Below, in pieces: positions 56,700 through 64,000 of a stretch of DNA of 64,000 nt. Position numbers and translations under genes: made by a program. This DNA is from Eledone cirrhosa (lineage: Eukaryota). The notes beneath the pieces were generated by a model, which searched no databases, was not told the DNA's origin, and saw nothing but the letters and a program-made list of their open reading frames with translations. Location: the NCBI GenBank assembly GCA_964016885.1, contig OZ024740.1, positions 180,048,001 to 180,112,000 of the forward strand. The letters run 5' to 3'. The stretch's first letter is position 1. Every line of letters begins with the position of its first letter.

Positions 56700-58015
56700 A
56701 ACAAAGACGTGAATTGGAACTTTGAACGTGCGAACGCTGTAACAGGCAGGCAAGCCGAAGAAGGGACTGCCGAAGAAGGGACTGCAACAACTGGCGCGCT
56801 ATCACATTGCTGTCAGTCCCAGGCAAGGCGTTCTGCGCTATGGTGTTGCGTCGAGTCCGGCAGGCTGTCGTCTCTGTGTTCCGGGAAGAACAAGCCGGCT
56901 TCCGAATCAATAGATCTTGCGTCGAAAAGATCTTTGCACTACGTAACATCCTCGAACTATGCATCGAGCTCCAGTACCCTTTGGCGGTCAGCTTCATTGA
57001 TTTGCTGAAGGCATTCAACAATATGCATCGGGAATCGCTGTGGAATATCGCGCACGCATACAGCATTCATTCAAGGTTCATCACCATTTTAAAGGCCCTG
57101 TACGCAAACTCCAGGTATTGCGTGCGACCTGAATCCGGTGTGACAGATTCTTTGACATTCTCTCCGGAGACAAACAAAGTTGCACCCTTTCTCAGCTGTT
57201 GTTCCTGTTGGCAGCTGATTTCGTACTAAGGCAAACAGAGGGAGGATCCGGTCGAGAATTCCATTGGAGAGGTCAGTCGGGGCTGAGGGACATGGCATTC
57301 GCCGACGACATCGCTTTAGTCACTGAAGATGGATGTGCAAGCCCTAACTATATCCCTGCAATAGAGTGCTGAAAGGATCGGCCTAAGAATCAACATCAAA
57401 ATGACCAAGATGTTGAGAACAGACAACAGCACAGGTCCAGCGATCAGAGTCAGTCACCAATTCCTGGCAGAAGTCAATAACTTCAACTATCTGGGCAGCA
57501 TCCTGGCAAGCAATGGTGACGCAGAGCTCGACATCAACTGTTGGATCGGCAAAGGAGCCGCAATTTTCCAACGGTTGCGCCCAGTTTGGTCGTATTGAAG
57601 CATTAGCATCAGAACCAAGCTACACCTGCACAAGAGCATCGTCTTGCTGACAGCGCTTTACGCGAGTGAAAGCTGGAAGAGCCCGGCAAAGATAGAGATG
57701 ACTGAACACTATCAATCAGCGATGCATGCGAATGATCCTTCGTGTGACCTGGGATGAGCGAGTGCGAAATAAAGAATCCTGCAGAGAGCCGAGTCGTGGA
57801 CGCTAGAGATTATGGTCGCGGAGACCGGTGCCGCCTGGCTGGCCATATTCTGCGCCTGCCCGACAAACGACACTCGAAAACAGCGATAAACTGGTCTTCG
57901 TCTAGCGGCAAACATATGCGTGGTTGCCCCAGAATCCCCTGGTGACGAACGTTCCTAAACGACTTGATGGTAGCCATCACTTGGCACGGACGCGAACAAT
58001 ACCGGCCGCTGATCG
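56700..58015 (+). pseudogene. RTE-clade LINE RT fragment
   Basis: LSVPGK, REEQAGFR..RSC..IFALRNILE, FIDLLKAF, AFADD, FNYLGS, GHILRLP..RHSK. Confidence 0.92.
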
Positions 58016-58281
58016 CGTAATTGGGGCTGTTTGTTTACAAACAAAAAAAACGAGCATTATAATAAATGTTTGGTAAACCGATGCGTGCATATATAAATGT
58101 GTGTAAATGTATGTATATATATACATACTACAGTACGCCTGTATACATATATGTATGTACGTATACATACATACATACTTACATTTAAGTAAGTGCCGTA
58201 ATAAGAGTGAGAAATGAAATTTCGTTTTATTCTATTCCATTTATCGTTTTAGGTGTGCCCGGCCGACTGAACTCACTCGGT

Positions 58282-58329
58282 ATGCAAATTAGGCTGCTCA
58301 GCCGTCAATATGCATAAGGAAAGTATATA
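58282..58329 (+). promoter_or_regulatory. Putative internal promoter: octamer ATGCAAAT + AAAGTATATA
   Basis: The same two motifs in the same order occur at 14517-14475 (minus), upstream of a hammerhead. Confidence 0.4.
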
Positions 58330-58365
58330 CTTGCAGACGTTCAACCATCTGGCAGGAAGGTATAT

Positions 58366-58404
58366 GATGCTGACGATAGCTCATAAGCTTGAAACTAGTA
58401 CATC
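58366..58404 (+). ncRNA. Minimal hammerhead ribozyme with palindromic loop 3
   Basis: gatg-CTGACGA-tagc tcataa gctt-GAAA-CTAG-TA-catc. Confidence 0.82.
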
Positions 58405-58680
58405 GTTCCTGTGTCAGAGTTGAACAAAAAGGTGACGTGGTAGCCTAAACACTGTACGGCGTAATTCGGGCTGTTTGTTTACAAACAAACAAACCGAGCA
58501 TTATAATAAATGTTCGGTAAACAGATACGTGCATATATATATGTGTGCATGTATGTATATATACACATACTACTGTACGTCTGTATACATATATATATGT
58601 ACGTACACATACATACATACTTACATTTAAGTAAGTGCCGTACTAAGAGTGAGAAATGAAATTTCATTTCATTCTATTTC

Positions 58681-58720
<40 letters not shown>

Positions 58721-58722
<2 letters not shown>

Positions 58723-59537
58723 TAAATCATGTCTTTAGAATCCTCAGATATTAAAATATATACTATTTCTTCTTCTAATTAGCATAATTAACCATATACA
58801 AAATCAATCCTAGCAAGCTATAAGAATAAATTCTCTTATGAGGAATTCTCCGACAAATAATCGATCGTAGCCTCTTCGCGGCGGCCCCTTTCATTATTTA
58901 TCCAACATTTCGACAGCATGTAGAATCCGACTAAATATACCATCAACCACACACAATTAGTAGTAAAATTAAACTTAGAAGAAATGCGCACATACCGTAA
59001 TTACATCTCTACCATGGTTTCTTCCTTATTTAGGACATCCAAATAATAGGAATGTCCAGAGTTAGGTTTCATCAGGAGACAAACTCAAAATCAGACATCT
59101 AGTTTTTCTATCCGATCCCGCCAAATTTAGATTCAAAAATGGCTAAAAATCGCTATGTAGCTGTGTTCCAGCCAGAGAGAAAGAGTGTGATTGGTTGCTT
59201 ACGGCGGGTAGGCTTGCTGCTAGAAAGCGCAGCCATATATCGCCAAATTTAATCTCAACCAATTGGGAGATTATTAAATATAAAGGTTATCATATACATA
59301 AAGTTAAAGATATATATATGTTGCAACTGTTCACTTTTAAGCTCTATGAAGAATTAATAATTTAAAATAAAAAAATCAGAGCATTATATCATAAATCATG
59401 TCTTTAGAATCATCAGATATTAAAACATATACTATTTCTTCTTCTAATTAGCATAATTAACCATATACAAAATCAATCCTAGCAAGCTATAAGAATAAAT
59501 TCTCTTATGGGGAAATCTCCGACAAATAATCGATCGT
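58721..59537 (-). mobile_element. Non-autonomous element with ~148-bp direct repeats and an internal hammerhead
   Basis: 58721-58868 is repeated at 59390-59537; flanked by (TA)n and (TG)n. Confidence 0.82.
59005..59080 (-). ncRNA. Hammerhead motif with extended stem II
   Basis: rc: gtctc-CTGATGA-aacc..ggacattcc/ggatgtcc..ggaa-GAAA-CCATGG-TA-gagat. Confidence 0.75.
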
Positions 59538-59559
59538 GTGTGTGTGTGTGTGTATATGT

Positions 59560-60217
59560 CCCCAATTCAATCGAGGGTAACCACATCTAGTTAGGTAGAA
59601 ATACATTTGTAGAGTTTCAACCTGAAGTTTAATACAGAATTGGCTTCTACGTGGCTAGTAGTGTTTTATTCAAAATAAATCACCACGAGCGATGGCTATC
59701 GTTGCAAAATTTGTATTTATAAATTTGATGGTGTTTGTGATGGCTTTGGGGATGGCCAGAGATTATTGTCAAAGTAGGTTTTAAGGCGCAGGAAGTTGTT
59801 GAAAAATATGTTTAGATATAAATACAGTAAAACAAGGCCAAAGGTATATATAATGGTTCATATTTACACACATACACATGAACACCCACTCATTGAAAGT
59901 GTATATCTATACAAATGGGATTTATGCATGATTGTCATGCTCTAGCCGAAACGTTTGGTACTTTTGGGTTATTAGAGGTGATAATAGTGGTATTAGAAAA
60001 AATATCGATGATATTCGTAGCAGCAGCATTAGTAGTCGAGGCTAGTGTGGCAGTGGTAGTGGTGATGACAGCAACATCAATAGTATTTGTGGTGGTACAC
60101 AAATGTTTGCGGTCGACACCATCATCATCATCATACGTACATACACACACAGAAAATCCCACTCAGACGCATACACACCCACATGCACACACACACACAC
60201 ACACACTAATACACACA

Positions 60218-60276
<59 letters not shown>

Positions 60277-60330
60277 TGGGTATAAACGAAAGTTGTAGGT
60301 GCCGTAAAACATCTACTATTCGATTGTATA
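59560..60330 (+). pseudogene. Highly degenerate PLE GIY-YIG/3' remnant
   Basis: CIYKFDGVCDGFGDGQ at ~59713-59760; 60279-60325 matches 63924-63968. Confidence 0.45.
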
Positions 60331-60472
60331 TATATACATATATATATATATTTATATATATATTTATATATATTTAAAAGTTAAACAAGGTTCAATGTAT
60401 ACATCAAAGAATGAGTTTTACAATAGATTGGAAACACTCAACAGTTAAATGTGTTTCAGAGTTATTAATATC

Positions 60473-60740
60473 AATTCAAAATATTAACAAAATAGATATT
60501 CTTGTGATCAATTATATTTTATTATACATATTTCAGAGGTACTGAGTTAAGTTCAACAGTACGTCCTCATCAGATAAAATAATGAATGATCTTAACCATC
60601 TACTATGTCAGGGTATGTCATGCATCATTTTGTTTTATCTGATGAGGACGTACTGTTGAACTTAACTCAGTACCTCTGAAATATGAATAATAAAATATAA
60701 TTGATCACCTAGAATATCTATTTCGTTAATATTTTGAATT
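60473..60740. mobile_element. Fold-back PLE 3' ends, hammerhead core intact in both arms
   Basis: Arms 60473-60590 / 60624-60740. Plus hammerhead 60631-60697 tgttttat-CTGATGA-ggacgtactg..cagtacctct-GAAA-TATGAA-TA-ataaaata; mirror at 60515-60581. Confidence 0.9.
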
Positions 60741-60797
60741 AATATTATATATATATAGGTACACACACAAACACACACACACACACATACACACATG

Positions 60798-60879
<82 letters not shown>

Positions 60880-60964
60880 TAGATATAGATATAGATATAG
60901 ATATAGATATATTAATAAAAACAATGAATAAAAACAAAGAACAAGTTCCTTATATTAAAAAATT

Positions 60965-61100
60965 CATCATTTTACGATCGTTTCTAGGATATATATATGT
61001 GTCTTGGTATGTATATCATATAGATCTATGTAAAAATATTACAAACTGTCAGAGGAAATATACATACCTTCACATATATATGCTGTCTTCAGAAATAATG
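60965..61100 (-). ncRNA. Hammerhead motif with a ~100-nt insert in stem II
   Basis: rc: cattattt-CTGAAGA-(~100 nt)-GAAA-CGATCG-TA-aaatgatg; 8-bp stem I, palindromic loop 3. Confidence 0.55.
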
Positions 61101-62345
61101 AGATTTGTTTATTGAAAAAAACCCAACGAATATTTAATATAATTTTTAATCCATATATATATAGATTTAACATTTCGTGACAAATTGTAAGAGTTTCTTA
61201 TTACATCTAACGTCTATTACTTTAGAAATATTCATATATCTACAAATACATTATTTAGGAGTTGCAGTCACTATTGCTAGCAAAAAATTAATATTAACAT
61301 ATTTTACATTAAAGATTACATAATATTAAATAAAATTTTGAGACGACTAATACTTTTTTAAAATAACTAACTTATTTTACAACGCATCTTATTTTTATCT
61401 TTGAAAACTATTTTACAAATCTACAGTAGAAAAACTGTTTCAAGCTAGACATTATCGAATATTTCATTTTAATTTTAAGTCAATGCTATTCCTGATATCA
61501 GAAACTTATTTTAACTTGTTGTGTTACTTCTTATATTGTTTCCGTTAAGTCAACTTTACATAAATTTATCTCGTTGCAACATTTTACTATTGGACAATTG
61601 TATCTCCCAGAAAACGACTAATATAAACACTTGACATTCAAATATAATTCATCGTTAATGAGCTTAGAGAGAAGAAGCTATAGTTTTGAATTTGTTAAAT
61701 TCCTCTTGCTAGCAAATATTTCATTTGCCTTAATTCTCATAAAACGTAATTTCTGGCGCAGAACACGAATATTAAGCTCGTGGGATTCATCTATGTGTCC
61801 GAATTAAGCCATAATTTTGGGGCTAATAAAATCATGTATTAGTCAAATTTCATGTTGATTTAACCAAGTAGGTCGATGACTCGATAGAAACCTTAATTTC
61901 ATATTTTCATGTAAAATTTATTCTCATATATGAATTAAAGCTACACACACAGAAATACACAGACGTACATAGACAGAGACACAGACACACACACATACCC
62001 TCCCCATCTACTTACGGATTGATATTTTGAAACTCTTTACTCCCACTTCCTCTCCTCCTTACTATCACACTACCTTATTTCATGTTATTTTAAACTTATT
62101 TACATATTCTTAAACGAAAATCTAATTACTGAATTATACCATGTAGTGAATAGTTGAATTCCATTCTGATGAAGTGTAATAAATGATTAAGTATTGCATA
62201 GGATTGAATAATATATATTGTAGTCAGCACATGTAGACAATTTATAATAGACACGTTTTACTTTTCTTGGTGCAATACTTGTTTATATATATATATATAA
62301 AGGAAAAAGAACAAAGGAACTTTTATGACATTATAACAAGTTTAT

Positions 62346-62392
62346 TGCCGACAGCCATTTCGTCCGACCATATGGCGGGACTTTTCAAGGCA
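62346..62392 (-). ncRNA. Degenerate hammerhead motif
   Basis: rc: tgcc-TTGAAAA-gtcc..ggac-GAAA-TGGCTG-TC-ggca, then AATAAA. Confidence 0.55.
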
Positions 62393-62620
62393 TATAACAG
62401 GTAATTGTAAGTTCATTATTTTCATCAACGTTTCACTCAAGATTAGCAGTTTGAAATCGTGGTATACATCAACAGCTCAGCTTGTTTATCTGGGGTCTAT
62501 ATTCTAAGGGGGCTCTTTTATAATAGTTGTAGGAGTTGTAAAAGGGATGGGTTAGAGGGAATTAAGAGAATTTGAAAGGCGTGATCATCGCGATTTACGT
62601 ACGACCTACCATACATCTTG

Positions 62621-62687
<67 letters not shown>

Positions 62688-62749
62688 TTATATATATATA
62701 AGGTAGAGGAATATCCTGATGTCTTCATTTGACATGTCATCTGCCATGC

Positions 62750-64000
62750 CATGTGTTTATGGAGTGTTCGGAAGAGGGCCATAAACAATCAGTTCATTGA
62801 AATTGATTCGGGTACTTCAACTTTTACGTTGGTATTACGGATCGAAAGCATACTTGTTATCATTGAATACATGTTGGAGAGACTTACCTCACTTTCTATA
62901 TTTATCCTGCAGCTATTTTACCCAGGCAATCTTGTTTATTTTTCCTCTGAATTCTGGAAATTCACTTTGAGATTTAGCCGAACGCTTTCCTTGAAATGGC
63001 TAGGATAATTTTAGCAATAATTGCTCCATCCTTGTGCTCCTTATACCTTGCAGCCATACGTCATGAGAACTTACTATGAACTGTGGTGTAGGGATCATAT
63101 TCTGCATTGATGATGTATCTAAACTCAACGCCATAACTTATATATGTAAACAGCAATATGTCGTCACCAAAGATTCGCTAGGATATTCATAATACAAAAT
63201 GCAGGAAACATCAACTACATACATGATTGGTTTGGACTCATACTGAACATCCTGAAGACTAAAATACTTCCACAACCTCCTTCCCACTCAACTCCTCCAG
63301 ATTCCAACAGAAACATCTTCAATGCACCACTACAACAGGTAGACAAATGCAATATAACTGGTGCATACACTCCATGCAATATAACTCTGAAATAAACTAG
63401 AATTCAGGTTCCATGCTTGCAAGGTCACATCTGGAAAACTCCTGTATCGATTGCTCGGAAACTGGATTATTTATGTGTATCAAATGAGAAGGCTATGTCC
63501 GTAATGAGAAAAACACACGCGACCGCCCTAGTCTACAAGGATGAGTTGAAGAAGACGGTGAAGAGGACCAGCATCAAATTCTATGTCCTGTGATCAAGAT
63601 GTAGAAGATAGGACTGCGTAACATACACATGTCCTGGCGGAGAAATGAGGAAATTCGCCATTAACACCCCAGATGTCTACAATCATTAATGGCTGCCTTT
63701 TGGTAAAATTATTCTTTGCATATGACCTAATTGGCAGCAAACGTATCGTCACACACGAAAATATTATGAAAAATGAGAAATATAATCTGAAAACAGGTCC
63801 AGCCAAAGGCGAAGACGACATAGAAACGCGTACACACACACACACACACACATAAATACACACACATACGCAATCAGACACATACACATACACGCACACA
63901 CATATATATATATATATAGATTAGGTATAAACCGACGGTTGTAGCTGCCGTAAAACATGTACTATTCCATCTATATATTAATTTCAACAACGTCATTATT
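62750..64000 (+). pseudogene. Highly degenerate PLE (RT remnant and 3' region)
   Basis: IAPSLCSLYLA (~63020-63055) and FCIDDV (~63100-63117); 3' motif shared with 60279. Confidence 0.45.

Larger units (their letters stand above)
58015..58685 (+). mobile_element. Non-autonomous hammerhead element, ~443-bp unit in partial tandem (retrozyme-like)
   Basis: 58015-58233 is repeated at 58459-58685; the unique middle contains an octamer, TATA and hammerhead; ends in (TA)n. Confidence 0.82.

Overview
AT-rich, microsatellite-dense eukaryotic DNA. The SINE families and (TA)n/(CA)n load suggest an octopus or other coleoid cephalopod (inference). No host protein-coding gene is recognisable; most listed ORFs are microsatellite or antisense artefacts. 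The window is a retroelement landscape: (i) a near-intact Penelope-like element (PLE; RT + GIY-YIG, 15.7-20.0 kb, minus) with ~255-bp terminal inverted repeats, plus several degenerate PLEs (Neptune/Nematis-like and Naiad-like); (ii) a 10-kb head-to-tail array of Tx1/L1-clade LINEs (40.2-50.5 kb); (iii) RTE and R4/Dong fragments; (iv) Nin-domain and CORE tRNA-SINEs. The most striking pattern is more than 20 minimal type-I hammerhead ribozyme motifs or relics (CUGANGA-stem II-GAAA-often palindromic loop 3-UH). They sit in PLE 3' ends and in small non-autonomous elements. About ten of these insertions are head-to-head fold-backs with both 3' ends pointing outward into (TA)n tracts, including a perfect 319-bp-arm palindrome. 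This suggests two-ended (twin) target-primed insertion into the self-complementary (TA)n target. All motifs were read by eye; no alignments or folding programs were run.
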